64,000 nt of DNA from Patescibacteria group bacterium (GCA_041666185.1 JBAYHL010000001.1:69073-133072), one strand, 5' to 3'. Shown: positions 1 through 9,866, numbered from the stretch's first letter. The notes: generated from the sequence alone by a model not told the origin. Translations and numbers: made by a program.

Positions 1-906
1 GACAGAACCATTTTTACCGTTTATCATATTTTAAACGACCAGAATGTTCGAAGGCAGGCTATAAGGAATCTGAAAAACGAAGATTTGATTAATTTTTGGA
101 AAAACGAATTCGGCAAAGCCGGCGACTACCAGCATGTCAAAATGATTGGCGGTATAACAGCCAAAGTCGGACGATTTCTTTTCTCCGCTACCGCCAGACG
201 GATATTGGAACAGCCTAAATCAACTATTAGTTTTGACGATATATTGGATAATCAGAAAATTATCATTTGCAATCTGGCGGAAGGCAAGCTCGGCGAAGAC
301 ACCTCTCAGTTATTGGGGGCAACGGTTCTTGCTAAAATCCAACAAGCTGCCGTAAGAAGAGCGAGAGTTGAAAGCGCCAGCCGGAAACCTTTTTACTTAT
401 TCGTTGATGAATTCCAAAACTTTGCCGACAAATCATTTACCAAGTTCTTATCCGGCGGACGAAAGTTCGGATTGAGAATTACCATCGCGGAGCAATCAAC
501 TGCTCAGCAAGATAATAGAAATATTACTAATGTCGTTTTGGCTAATACCGGAACAGTAATTTGCTTTAGAACCGCTAGCCCCGTAGATGAAGAATTGATG
601 CTCTCGCAATTTGCCCCGCAAGTAGTCCAAGGCGATATAGGCAACCTACCCCGCTACCGCTTCTATATGAAAATGGCGGCAGTCGAACCGCAGGAACCAA
701 TGTCCGGCGAAACGATACCGATCACAACGCCAAAGGATCCGGCAAAGGTGAAAAGATTAATTGAAGCGTCGAGAAAAAATTATGCCATCGAATACGTCAA
801 ACCGACGAAAAAAGAAATGCCGGCTGAACAACCAAAACCCTCGACTAAAGCTAGCCCTAAGAAAACGAGCGAATCCGCTCCCGCCGGCCTGAATTCTTAT
901 AAGTAA
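1..906 (+). CDS. VirD4/TraG-like type IV secretion coupling ATPase, C-terminal part (frame open from base 1)
   Basis: Walker B FYLFVDEFQNF, GRKFGLRITIAEQS and N-T-x-I-x-FR motifs of the TraD/VirD4 family. Confidence 0.8.
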   Translation, partial: DRTIFTVYHILNDQNVRRQAIRNLKNEDLINFWKNEFGKAGDYQHVKMIGGITAKVGRFLFSATARRILEQPKSTISFDDILDNQKIIICNLAEGKLGEDTSQLLGATVLAKIQQAAVRRARVESASRKPFYLFVDEFQNFADKSFTKFLSGGRKFGLRITIAEQSTAQQDNRNITNVVLANTGTVICFRTASPVDEELMLSQFAPQVVQGDIGNLPRYRFYMKMAAVEPQEPMSGETIPITTPKDPAKVKRLIEASRKNYAIEYVKPTKKEMPAEQPKPSTKASPKKTSESAPAGLNSYK

Positions 907-936
907 ATTCTGTGTACACCTATGTACACAGAATTT
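905..936. repeat. perfect 14-bp inverted repeat, candidate oriT/operator
   Basis: AAATTCTGTGTACA-CCTA-TGTACACAGAATTT directly upstream of the replication-relaxation gene. Confidence 0.6.
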
Positions 937-1019
937 GACCGAATTTAAGATTAAAAAGATAAAAAATCACTACCCATATATTTTATATATATACTACACG
1001 CACTAATTGCTTTAAACTT

Positions 1020-1808
1020 ATGAAAATATTATCACCACAATTGAATCTATCCAAACGACAAACCGACATTCTTATTCTTCTCTATCGCTTTCGCTTCCTA
1101 AATCGTCAACACATACAAAACTCACTCAACCACAAATACCGCAGCCGCATCTTATCCTGGCTTAACGAACTAACTAACCAAAACTACGTCAAACAATACT
1201 ACGACAAAACAATCGCATCGTCTCCGTCTGTCTATTCGCTTGATTCAAAGGGGAGAAAATATTTAAAGAATTTAAAGGAGGGAAATATTAAGCAGGTGCT
1301 ATTAGATCGGGTATGGCGCGAGGCAAAATACTCTTCAAAGTTCAGAGAACATTGTTTATCTTTAGCAGATATTTATATTTCCTTGCTTGGCATAACAGAT
1401 AAAAACAAATCCACCCTTCATTTTTATACCAAGACAGATTTGCATGGAACGGAACATTTCATTGCTCCGGCTCCTGACGCTCATTTCGCTATTGAGGAAG
1501 TGAATGGACAAGTCGTCCGTTACTTTCTGGATATCTTAGACGATATTCCGCCAGCAGCTCATCGCAGGCGGGTAGCGCAGTATTTTAAGTATTTTGCCTC
1601 CGGCGAATGGCAGGACAACACAGACAAGCCGTTTCCTGAAATTATTCTTATCTGCCCAAACACAAGGACAAAAGGTCATTTATTCTATTACATCCGTAAG
1701 AAACTCTCGGGAGAGCCTGATATTTGTTTTTATCTCACAGCCAAAGAACTCGTCGACAGGAAGGGTTTGAATGGAGAAACATTGCAGAAGGTTGCTGAGG
1801 AAGCGTAA
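1020..1808 (+). CDS. replication-relaxation family protein
   Basis: N-terminal wHTH (ILILLYRFRFLNRQHIQ), H-x-L and PDA..F motifs; adjacent to VirD4-like gene. Confidence 0.7.
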   Translation: MKILSPQLNLSKRQTDILILLYRFRFLNRQHIQNSLNHKYRSRILSWLNELTNQNYVKQYYDKTIASSPSVYSLDSKGRKYLKNLKEGNIKQVLLDRVWREAKYSSKFREHCLSLADIYISLLGITDKNKSTLHFYTKTDLHGTEHFIAPAPDAHFAIEEVNGQVVRYFLDILDDIPPAAHRRRVAQYFKYFASGEWQDNTDKPFPEIILICPNTRTKGHLFYYIRKKLSGEPDICFYLTAKELVDRKGLNGETLQKVAEEA

Positions 1809-1810
1809 TA

Positions 1811-2188
1811 TTATTTTTTTCTGGTGAGACTCTCAACGAGCATTAGGGGAATTGGAGTTAAAAAGAATACAACAAGCCCTTCTAAATATTCTTTATCAAC
1901 TATTATTAGTTCATACATAACTGGCAAAATAAATATCAAATATCCAAAGAAAGTTTTTTTGTAAATTACAAAGAAATGTTTTTTAAATAAGGAGTAGAAG
2001 GATAACGATAATAAAGCCAAAGAAAATAATACATATATAGAATAATAAATATCTCTTGAATACAAATCGCTTGGTTTCATTCCGTATGTAAATTCAATTG
2101 AAATGAGTACTAATGCAACAAGAAGATGAAGTGCGATCAAACACAAATATAGAGACCAAATTATTTTATCTTTAAGACTGAATTTCAT
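1811..2188 (-). CDS. hypothetical membrane protein
   Basis: about 4 hydrophobic segments; leaderless-type promoter TGA-TATAAT-N6-ATG. Confidence 0.6.
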   Translation of the reverse strand: MKFSLKDKIIWSLYLCLIALHLLVALVLISIEFTYGMKPSDLYSRDIYYSIYVLFSLALLSLSFYSLFKKHFFVIYKKTFFGYLIFILPVMYELIIVDKEYLEGLVVFFLTPIPLMLVESLTRKK

Positions 2189-2252
2189 GAGGTAATTATA
2201 TCACAATCCACAAAAAAGGCCTGAGAATCTCATGGACTCCCAGGCCTAATTC

Positions 2253-2579
2253 TCAATACTCATCCGCTAGCATCACCGTCATTATTCTTCTGCAACTTCC
2301 AGTTAGCGGATCTTCCCAAGCTTGCAATTCCTGATCGTAGTAGTCGATCTTCCAGAATACCTTGTCGCCGTGCCAATCAAGCCTGCCAAAGTCGTGCTCG
2401 CCCCAAGGATCATTGTTTTCATTGAAAACGTTGAACTCTTTGATTGCTTGAAGCAAACCGGGCAAGTCCTTAACACTCTGAACCCCGCATGTTAGAGTAA
2501 CTCCAAACCCGCTTCTTCTAAATTGATCGTTTAAGATAGCAACCTGCGAACGAGTATCTTCCATTTGTCTAGTAACCAT
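2253..2579 (-). CDS. DUF3768 family protein
   Basis: LNDQFR..NDPWGEHDFG..FWKIDYYD..TVMLADEY signature; GAGGAGG RBS before ATG 2579. Confidence 0.8.
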   Translation of the reverse strand: MVTRQMEDTRSQVAILNDQFRRSGFGVTLTCGVQSVKDLPGLLQAIKEFNVFNENNDPWGEHDFGRLDWHGDKVFWKIDYYDQELQAWEDPLTGSCRRIMTVMLADEY

Positions 2580-2717
2580 ACAACCTCCTCTTCCAATTAA
2601 ATTAAGGACGAGCAGGTCGACCTTCCCGCCCATCTGTAAAGAGGCAAAGAACAAATAGGCTGGCTGGGTCAAGGTGGAGCACCCAACGAGATGAACGACC
2701 TTGAGGCAGACAGTCTA

Positions 2718-2751
2718 TTTGTTCTACAAGATGGGAAGACTGGGCGGGAGG
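2718..2751 (+). repeat. 34-bp direct repeat copy 1
   Basis: TTTGTTCTACAAGATGGGAAGACTGGGCGGGAGG, 33/34 identical to 4944-4977. Confidence 0.85.
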
Positions 2752-2825
2752 GAAGAAGTTTAGTATTGTTAAATGGTTCAATTTGTAATATAAAAAACTC
2801 AGGAACACAAAGGGGGTATAACAAG

Positions 2826-3209
2826 ATGGCAGAACAAGTTTGTTCTGATAAGTGCACATCAAAGGATAAAGTTCTGGAAATCGTAAGGCAGACAGTCAGC
2901 AAAGGCATTGGGCTAGTTAGGCTCCAGCTTTTAACCCTAGAGGTTTACGAGTTTACCATCGAGGAGGAGAGTAAAGACAAAGAGAATAGAAAGGGTGAAG
3001 CCGGCTACAATATCTTTCTGACTCTTGCCGAAAAAATAATTGATCGGGGCGGTTTTCATTCACCTCGAAGCGTCCAAGTTGTTTACGAATTGGTCATTTT
3101 CGTAAAACATGGTGATATCGAAGATAGCAAGGAACAACTCAAGAGTAGTTTGATCGCACAGCGGGAAATAGCCAAGTCGGATGCGATTACTTGGGGAGGG
3201 AGAGCCTAG
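2826..3209 (+). CDS. hypothetical protein
   Basis: AGGGGG RBS before ATG 2826 within ORF 2691..3209. Confidence 0.5.
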   Translation: MAEQVCSDKCTSKDKVLEIVRQTVSKGIGLVRLQLLTLEVYEFTIEEESKDKENRKGEAGYNIFLTLAEKIIDRGGFHSPRSVQVVYELVIFVKHGDIEDSKEQLKSSLIAQREIAKSDAITWGGRA

Positions 3210-3254
3210 AGCCTTTCCCTAAACTCATATTCAGATAAAAGGAGGCAGAATCAA

Positions 3255-3989
3255 TTGAAAAAAAGAGTTGCGGTAGTTACAGGGGCAGGACAAGGCATCG
3301 GAAAAGCGATTGCTTTTGCTCTTGCCAAGGAAGAAGGCATGATTGTCGTAGTCGTTGATTATAACGAGACGATTGCAAAAGAGGCTGCTCTGGAAATACG
3401 AGCATCTGGAGGCAACGCTACTGATCTGCGATGTGATGTCGGCAACCCTATCGAGGTGAGCTCTATTGCAGATATATGGCAGAACCAAGGGATTGATATT
3501 CTGGTTAACTGTGCCGGCATTACAAGAGACAAGCTGTCTGTGCGAATGACAGATAGCGAGTGGAGTGATGTCATTAGAACCAACCTCGATGGTACCTTCT
3601 ACTGTTCCAGGACGGTTGCCAATGTGATGCTTAAGTCCCGGAGGGGCGGGTGCATTGTAAATATTGCCAGTGTGATGGGTATCACGGGTAATGTAGGCCA
3701 GGCGAACTATGCCTCATCCAAAGGCGGAGTGATCGCTTTGACCAAGACAATGGCAAAGGAATATGCCTCACGTAATATTCGAGTCAATGCAGTTGCACCT
3801 GGCTTCATCGCAACAGCGATGACTGAGTCCTTGCCTGAGGTAAAGAGGATTGAAATCGAGAAGGCAATTCCAATGGGCCGGCACGGTAAACCGGAAGAAG
3901 TAGCTGAGGTGGTCAAGTTCCTCTGCTCCGATGCAGCCAGTTACATAACCGGCGAAGTAATCAAGATTGATGGCGGCCTGGCAATCTAG
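3255..3989 (+). CDS. fabG: 3-oxoacyl-ACP reductase (SDR family)
   Basis: TGAGQGIG, NCAGITRD, GNVGQANYASSK (YxxxK), VNAVAPGFI, ITGEVIKIDGG; AGGAGG RBS. Confidence 0.9.
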   Translation: MKKRVAVVTGAGQGIGKAIAFALAKEEGMIVVVVDYNETIAKEAALEIRASGGNATDLRCDVGNPIEVSSIADIWQNQGIDILVNCAGITRDKLSVRMTDSEWSDVIRTNLDGTFYCSRTVANVMLKSRRGGCIVNIASVMGITGNVGQANYASSKGGVIALTKTMAKEYASRNIRVNAVAPGFIATAMTESLPEVKRIEIEKAIPMGRHGKPEEVAEVVKFLCSDAASYITGEVIKIDGGLAI

Positions 3990-4016
3990 CAGGCGCGATA
4001 ATAACAAAATCATCTT

Positions 4017-4051
4017 CCCCGCAGGCGCTATTGCTTGCGGGGCTATTTTTT
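4017..4051 (+). terminator. intrinsic terminator after fabG
   Basis: CCCCGCAGG..CTTGCGGGG hairpin plus T run. Confidence 0.6.
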
Positions 4052-4181
4052 GTGTTCCCACACATTATATTCAATGGGATGACTGGCAGGGGAAGATTTA
4101 AAAACTCGTGGTTAATGCATGTTGACTAATTCAGTGCCTCTGTTAAAATAGCACTGGACAAAAAAAGGGGGTGAATGACTA

Positions 4182-4868
4182 ATGTCCAATATTTCCTATC
4201 ATGTGGGCCACATGGCAAGAAGTGTTCGATTGATGTTTGGCTGCAATCCTGTATTGCCGGAAGGTATGGAGATAGAAACAGGCAGTTTTCCTGAGCCTGC
4301 TGTCTACTTAGATCCATCGGGAGATGGCAGTTGTGTGCCAGGCATGAAGATTAAACTGAAGTGGTCAATCTCTCTGGGAGAATCTACCCAGGTGGATCTT
4401 CTTGACCTGAAAGATGAATGGCTAGTCGTACCGGTTGATAGCGTCAAGCTAACTGGTCACTGTGGTTTCACTGTAAAATCAAATGATCTGCCTAGAGGGG
4501 AAACAAGAAAGCTAACGGAAAAGAGGGGCTGGACGAATCGTGCAGATATCTTCCTGAGCGCTATCAGGGTTCTTTCTGAGCACCATACAGCGGTTCCCGG
4601 AGACAGAACGCCGATCACGGAAGATTCTGATCTGGGGAATGACCTCGGGATGGATCAAATTGACTTTATGGCCATAGTCGTTGAACTAGAAGATGTCTTC
4701 GAGATTGAAATTCCCGATGATGCTTTCCCTGTATCACAGGCAGAAGAACTTGTGAAGCTTGAGGAACGTGATGACGGATCGACAAAGCTCGTCGGTCCTG
4801 ATCTGATGGGTCCTGGATTAACAGTCGGACTGATTGTCGATTATATAGAACGGAAGTTGTTCTTGTAA
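4182..4868 (+). CDS. protein with C-terminal acyl-carrier-protein-like domain lacking the conserved Ser
   Basis: ITEDSDLGNDLGMDQIDFMAIVVELEDVFEIEIPDD..TVGLIVDYIE resembles AcpP, with DQI in place of DSL. Confidence 0.7.
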   Translation: MSNISYHVGHMARSVRLMFGCNPVLPEGMEIETGSFPEPAVYLDPSGDGSCVPGMKIKLKWSISLGESTQVDLLDLKDEWLVVPVDSVKLTGHCGFTVKSNDLPRGETRKLTEKRGWTNRADIFLSAIRVLSEHHTAVPGDRTPITEDSDLGNDLGMDQIDFMAIVVELEDVFEIEIPDDAFPVSQAEELVKLEERDDGSTKLVGPDLMGPGLTVGLIVDYIERKLFL

Positions 4869-4905
4869 TCGCCGCACACCATCGTTGCAGTTTCCTATAT
4901 TCTCG

Positions 4906-4938
4906 GCCCGTGGGCATTCGCTCGCGGGTTTTCTTTTT
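4906..4938 (+). terminator. intrinsic terminator
   Basis: GCCCGTGGGC-ATTC-GCTCGCGGGT plus T run. Confidence 0.6.
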
Positions 4939-4943
4939 GCAAT

Positions 4944-4977
4944 TTTGTTCTATAAGATGGGAAGACTGGGCGGGAGG
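4944..4977 (+). repeat. 34-bp direct repeat copy 2
   Basis: 33/34 identical to 2718-2751. Confidence 0.85.
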
Positions 4978-5041
4978 ACATCACTTGAAAGAACCAAACT
5001 GCCGATTGTTTTTATTGCTAAACTTTTGTATCCTATAAGTA

Positions 5042-7216
5042 ATGAATGAATTCGGGCAATCAATTTTTATCGAGCCAAAGCCACAAGATAGCATGGGATC
5101 TGCAGAAAGCTATCAAGCTTTGGATGCGGAAAATGGCCAGGAGGGAGAACGAGCTTTCACCGCAGAGGAATTAAGAGAAATTGATTCTAAGAGAAAAATT
5201 TTAACTTCACTGGCATATTTTATTGGTAAAGATTTCCAAATGCCGGTGGAACTTAATAAGCCAGGAGGTGGATGGCACTGGGACTTTAAGGAAAATGTTG
5301 TCAGAGTTGATCCAAAAGATCTATTAGATAAGCCTATGGATTATCTCCGTTTTGTTATTTCTCACGAAGGCGGTCATCGCAGAATTTCTCGTACAGAATT
5401 CATACCTTTAGAGACATGGCGACAGCCTGGATTTTCTTTTATGATGAATGCAATCGAGGATCCAAGAGACAATAATTTTGTAGCAGAAAATTACCCCAAA
5501 TTTAGAGAGCAAATGAATTTGGCTTATGAAATGGATCTAGATTGGGAAAATAAGTCGAAAGAAAAAGCCGAGTCTAAACTTGGCTACCAGCCAAGATTTA
5601 TGCAAGCCGGGTTTGAATATATTAAACAATGGTTTCACGAACAAAAAGGCACTGAGGCAGTAATTGATGAATCCTTACCAGATGAAGTTAAAGATGTCGT
5701 CGCTAAAACTTTAGAATCGGCTCGTGCTTCATGGTGGACATATCCGTCTCGTCAGGAAGCCGATGAAGATGAAGAACTTATAAAAAGATATGCAGAATCT
5801 TCCTACAAAATTAGCTTAGAAAATATATGGCCGGAATTCCAAAAATTAATTGAAAAAGACATTGAAGACCAAAAAACTCAGGAATTATTAGATGACATGC
5901 AAAAAGAAAAAGGTGAGGATGGAAGTACTGATTTGCCACAAGAATTGAAAGAACAACTTTCTCCCGAAGAACAACAAGAGCTAAAGGATGCAATAGATAA
6001 GGCAATTGAAGAAACAAAGCAACAAGGAAAGGGAGAAGCCCAAGAGGGAAAACCAAGTGAAGGAGAAGGAGAACCAGGAGAAGAGCCGAGCCAAGGAGGT
6101 AAACCAATCGATCTAGGCTCTTTGTCTCCCGAACTAAAACAAAAAATAAAAGATTTTATTGACTCTCTTCCCAAAGACAAGAAACAGGAATTAAAAGAAA
6201 GAGCTCAAAAATCTATAGCTGAATTCGAAAAAGACCTCGATAAAGAAATCGAAGGAAAAATGTCAGATAACCCCGACAATAGAGAAGAAGGGAAAACAGC
6301 AAAAGCAGAGCCGTCCAAGCCTACGGAGCAGCCACAAGAACCAGAAACTCCAACACAAACGACTTCTCCAGAATTGGAAAAATATCGTGAGATGATTGCC
6401 GAGACTCTTAAAAAAGATGAGAATACTTACGAGGAAAATAGACGAGAGGTACTGTCTATTATCGATAGTCTTGAAAGCGATCTCCGAGAAATATTTGTCA
6501 CTCGACGTATGCATGCTTGGAAGGGCGGATATAAATCTGGAAAACGGATCGATATTAAAAGGAGAATTCAAGAAAAAGCCAAAGAGGTTTCAGCGATGGA
6601 AAGCCGAGCTTGGGAAAAGCGCGAGATGCCAAGCGAAAAGGATTATGCTATTAGTCTCTTGATTGATTTGTCGGGTTCGATGCGTGGAGAAAAGATAAAA
6701 GAGACTTTTAAAGCCACGATTGTTCTTGCAGAAGTCTTAAATAGGCTTTCAATTCAAACGGAAATCTTAGGATTTAATGACCGAGTTTATGAGTACCAAA
6801 AATTTGGAGAGAATATTTCTCGAGAAATTAGAGAGAATATGGGAGGAATGCTCCAGGAGGTTTATGATACTAGCGGTACCGGGAAAGCTCAGTGGAATGA
6901 TGACGGTTGGGCTCTAACACAAGCTTCAGAAAGATTGGCTAAACAAAAAGCTGTTGAGAAGTTCTTGATCGTTATGTCGGATGGAGCACCGGAAGAATCA
7001 TCTATGCATCCTCGATCTGAATACGATTTAAGCAAAGTGACAGAGAAGGTATTGAAAGAAACAGACCAAAAACTTATAGGTTTAGGAATTGGTTATGGTA
7101 CAAAGCATGTTGAACATTATTATCCGAACAGTTTGGCTGATGTTAGCTTAGAAGAAATGGCTGGTAAACTGGCCGATCTGATCCGTGAGGCTATTGCTAA
7201 CTACGATAAATTCTAA
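5042..7216 (+). CDS. VWA (MIDAS) domain protein, CobT/NorD-like partner of MoxR ATPase
   Basis: N-terminal HEGGH..NAIEDPRD, acidic linker, C-terminal DLSGS..SDG MIDAS. Confidence 0.85.
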   Translation: MNEFGQSIFIEPKPQDSMGSAESYQALDAENGQEGERAFTAEELREIDSKRKILTSLAYFIGKDFQMPVELNKPGGGWHWDFKENVVRVDPKDLLDKPMDYLRFVISHEGGHRRISRTEFIPLETWRQPGFSFMMNAIEDPRDNNFVAENYPKFREQMNLAYEMDLDWENKSKEKAESKLGYQPRFMQAGFEYIKQWFHEQKGTEAVIDESLPDEVKDVVAKTLESARASWWTYPSRQEADEDEELIKRYAESSYKISLENIWPEFQKLIEKDIEDQKTQELLDDMQKEKGEDGSTDLPQELKEQLSPEEQQELKDAIDKAIEETKQQGKGEAQEGKPSEGEGEPGEEPSQGGKPIDLGSLSPELKQKIKDFIDSLPKDKKQELKERAQKSIAEFEKDLDKEIEGKMSDNPDNREEGKTAKAEPSKPTEQPQEPETPTQTTSPELEKYREMIAETLKKDENTYEENRREVLSIIDSLESDLREIFVTRRMHAWKGGYKSGKRIDIKRRIQEKAKEVSAMESRAWEKREMPSEKDYAISLLIDLSGSMRGEKIKETFKATIVLAEVLNRLSIQTEILGFNDRVYEYQKFGENISREIRENMGGMLQEVYDTSGTGKAQWNDDGWALTQASERLAKQKAVEKFLIVMSDGAPEESSMHPRSEYDLSKVTEKVLKETDQKLIGLGIGYGTKHVEHYYPNSLADVSLEEMAGKLADLIREAIANYDKF

Positions 7217-7230
7217 TACAATTTAAACAT

Positions 7231-7641
7231 ATGGAAAGCAAAAAATTTCATCAATTTATCAAAGATTCTCAAGGCCAAAAGGAGCTTTCTTTAGCGTTGG
7301 CAAAATCAGACGAAGAGTTTATTAAGTTTCATGCTTTTCTAACAGAAGGTGGATATATCGGATCGGATGATATTTACACTGTCTTATCGCACCTTGAAAG
7401 ACATAAAAAAGTCTATTTAGTTATCAATAATACAAGCGCAAAGGTCCTTTACGATTTTGCCACGCAATACCCCACCGGACAAGTAAATCTTTTAAATCCC
7501 AAAACCATGGAAAACAAAAGTTTCACTCCTGACTATAAAAATCATTCGCTAATTTTACTTACAACATCAGAATACTTAAAACACATTGTCAAGCATGATT
7601 TAGATTTTATAAATATAGTTGGAATGGTATATAAAAGTTAA
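7231..7641 (+). CDS. hypothetical protein in VWA-MoxR operon
   Basis: 136-aa ORF tightly spaced (14 and 9 bp) between the VWA and AAA genes. Confidence 0.7.
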   Translation: MESKKFHQFIKDSQGQKELSLALAKSDEEFIKFHAFLTEGGYIGSDDIYTVLSHLERHKKVYLVINNTSAKVLYDFATQYPTGQVNLLNPKTMENKSFTPDYKNHSLILLTTSEYLKHIVKHDLDFINIVGMVYKS

Positions 7642-7650
7642 AGGTAATTT

Positions 7651-9783
7651 ATGCCTAATTCACCAGAATTTAGTTTTGCCAATATAGCTGAAGGAGGATC
7701 GGGAGGAAAAGAGCCGGTTCAACTCCAAGAAGACCCAAAAACAGAGCTGCCCAAAGCTCCGATTTTGGAAGACGAAGATTCTATATCGTATCTTGGAGTT
7801 AAGCTAGAGAAATCCCATGTCTCCAGTGCTTTCGTGCCGGAAAGAGAAAAATACACCGACTATATCAATGATAAATTTTCACTTGAATTGCAACAAAAAA
7901 TTGCGGTCTCGATGCTTCAGGGTGATCCGATACTTATTGAGGGCGGAACAAGTATTGGAAAAACTACCACTGTTAGAAAGATGTGCGCCGAGTTGGGATA
8001 TGAAGTGCATTACGCAAACCTAAACGGCGCGACTGATGTTGAAGATTTGATGGGCAGATATATCCCCAATCCTCACAAGACCAATCCCGAGGATCCTGAA
8101 TATGTTTTTGCTGACGGCAAGGTTACTTCGGGGCTTCGCAAAGAAGAAGGGAAAAAGAAAATCATCATTTTAGATGAGTTCAATGCTTCAGCTCCAAATA
8201 TCTTGATTCGTCTTCATGAAGTAATAGATGCACTAGAGCGGGGCGGCGAAGTTGTTTTATCCGAGGATGCTTCAGAAGTTGTGCATGTTAGTCATGAAGA
8301 TACAAAGATAATTGCTCTTACAAATCCTCCAGGAAAGGGTTATTTTGGCAGAGAACCTCTTGATCCTGCGCAGTTACGAAGATGGGTTTACCAAAAGGAA
8401 GTTACTGAACTACCGGATAGCACATTTGCTTTTTCAACAGAGGCTTTGTTTGGCATTGGCAGTAGAACTGAAGAAATTCCTGATAGTCTTTATTTAGATT
8501 CACCCGATCAAGCTATTTCACGCGAACAACTAGCAGAAATCTCTGGAATGAAAGAGATACTAGACAAGTATCAGGAATTTCACAAAGCAGCAAAGGAACT
8601 CATTAAACAGAGAATGGTTGCTGCAGACCAGCCCCAGCCGTTTACTTTTGACGACAGAATGGAACCACACAGAATTAGTCGGTTTGTTGCACGTTTTTAT
8701 AATGGCGATATCAACGAAACTTTTCAAAGAGGCCTACGATATTATTATGTTAATAAGCTAGAAAATTCAGAGGACAGACAAAAACTTGAGGAATTGATTA
8801 GTCATGTCTCGTGTACCCCTGCCGTAGACTCTAGAAGACGGGCTATCGGCGAACCTGAAACAAAGACTCCGGAAAGCGCACTAAAAACAAGAGCTGAAAA
8901 AGAGATCGAAGATATAATGTCCAGTTCTGAAATACCAGATTCAGTTAAGGCGGCACTTGCCGGAAAAGAGACGCCACTATCCAGCGAGATATTAGAACAA
9001 ATGAAGGAAGCTAAAGAGATTTTTGGGAATGATTTTCTTGGTCCAGAGGAAGTCAAAGCCGCTTTCTTGGATCAAGTGGAGATCTCTGAAGTTCCATCGA
9101 TTCCATTCTCGAAAGAAGAGCTTGAAAAAGCTCGCGAGCTGGAGCAAATGCTTATCTTACGAGTTGATAAAGCCAAGGATGGTTCAGACCTCACTATGGA
9201 AAAAATTCATGGCCTTCTTAATGGCAAAATCAAAGATGAGGCAAAAGTTTTATACAGCGTCGATTGGTATAAAGATGAAGAATTCTATAAAAAAGATAAG
9301 CCGGAAGTTACTTGGGCGCTTGTCTCCAAAGAAGCTGTGCCGGATTCCTCTGATAAAAATTATCTTGAACAAACTGAAACATTAGCCAACTATTTAAGAA
9401 ACGAAGTGTTTAAAACATTGATAATGCCAGCCAAATACGGTGAAGCCCTCAGGGAATTCGAAAAGGAAAAAGCTTCAATTGCCAGGATTGTTGAAAGCGA
9501 CAAAGAATCAGAATGGAAAGAGGCAGCTCGCAAGCTTGAGGCATTGAAGCTTAATCAACTTACTCGGCAATCCCCAACCGAAGCGCTATATGATTTAATA
9601 GTTCGCTATCAGCAGACAGGCGAGAGATTGATGGAAAATATGTATACTTGGACTAAGCGCCGTGATTCCGGTGGCGGCCTGGTCTGTGTTGGCCGCTTCG
9701 AGTCCGTTGGTGTCCGCGTCGGCGGGGGCAGGCCTGGCGATTGGAGTGGCATTCTTGGCGTTTCTTTCTCCCGCAGTCTATGA
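7651..9783 (+). CDS. MoxR/AAA_5-type AAA+ ATPase fused to DGR-diversified C-terminal domain (target 1)
   Basis: Walker A GGTSIGKT, Walker B IILDEFN, NPPGKGYFGREPLDPAQLRR; last 41 codons are VR1. Confidence 0.9.
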   Translation: MPNSPEFSFANIAEGGSGGKEPVQLQEDPKTELPKAPILEDEDSISYLGVKLEKSHVSSAFVPEREKYTDYINDKFSLELQQKIAVSMLQGDPILIEGGTSIGKTTTVRKMCAELGYEVHYANLNGATDVEDLMGRYIPNPHKTNPEDPEYVFADGKVTSGLRKEEGKKKIIILDEFNASAPNILIRLHEVIDALERGGEVVLSEDASEVVHVSHEDTKIIALTNPPGKGYFGREPLDPAQLRRWVYQKEVTELPDSTFAFSTEALFGIGSRTEEIPDSLYLDSPDQAISREQLAEISGMKEILDKYQEFHKAAKELIKQRMVAADQPQPFTFDDRMEPHRISRFVARFYNGDINETFQRGLRYYYVNKLENSEDRQKLEELISHVSCTPAVDSRRRAIGEPETKTPESALKTRAEKEIEDIMSSSEIPDSVKAALAGKETPLSSEILEQMKEAKEIFGNDFLGPEEVKAAFLDQVEISEVPSIPFSKEELEKARELEQMLILRVDKAKDGSDLTMEKIHGLLNGKIKDEAKVLYSVDWYKDEEFYKKDKPEVTWALVSKEAVPDSSDKNYLEQTETLANYLRNEVFKTLIMPAKYGEALREFEKEKASIARIVESDKESEWKEAARKLEALKLNQLTRQSPTEALYDLIVRYQQTGERLMENMYTWTKRRDSGGGLVCVGRFESVGVRVGGGRPGDWSGILGVSFSRSL
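9658..9780 (+). repeat. DGR variable repeat VR1
   Basis: 123-nt ungapped alignment to TR: 22 mismatches at TR adenines, 1 at a non-A position (TCG>TGG). Confidence 0.95.
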
Positions 9784-9806
9784 GCCTTTGAACTTTGGTA
9801 TTTGAG

Positions 9807-9831
9807 ACTTTGATTCCGCCGAAGGCGGTCG
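9807..9831 (+). promoter_or_regulatory. post-VR1 target-recognition hairpin
   Basis: ACTTTGATTCCGCC-GAA-GGCGGTCG, identical after VR2 and absent after TR. Confidence 0.8.
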
Positions 9832-9866
9832 ACATAAAAAATTTTATACAATTAAAGGCAAAAAAT

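Noticed and set aside
5811-6662. Several short ORFs within the VWA gene, and similar nested ORFs across the window
   Set aside because: Shadow frames of long well-supported CDSs with no motifs or RBS.
9795-9866. TTG start at 9795 for target 2
   Set aside because: It would translate the post-VR1 hairpin; ATG 9867 is more plausible.
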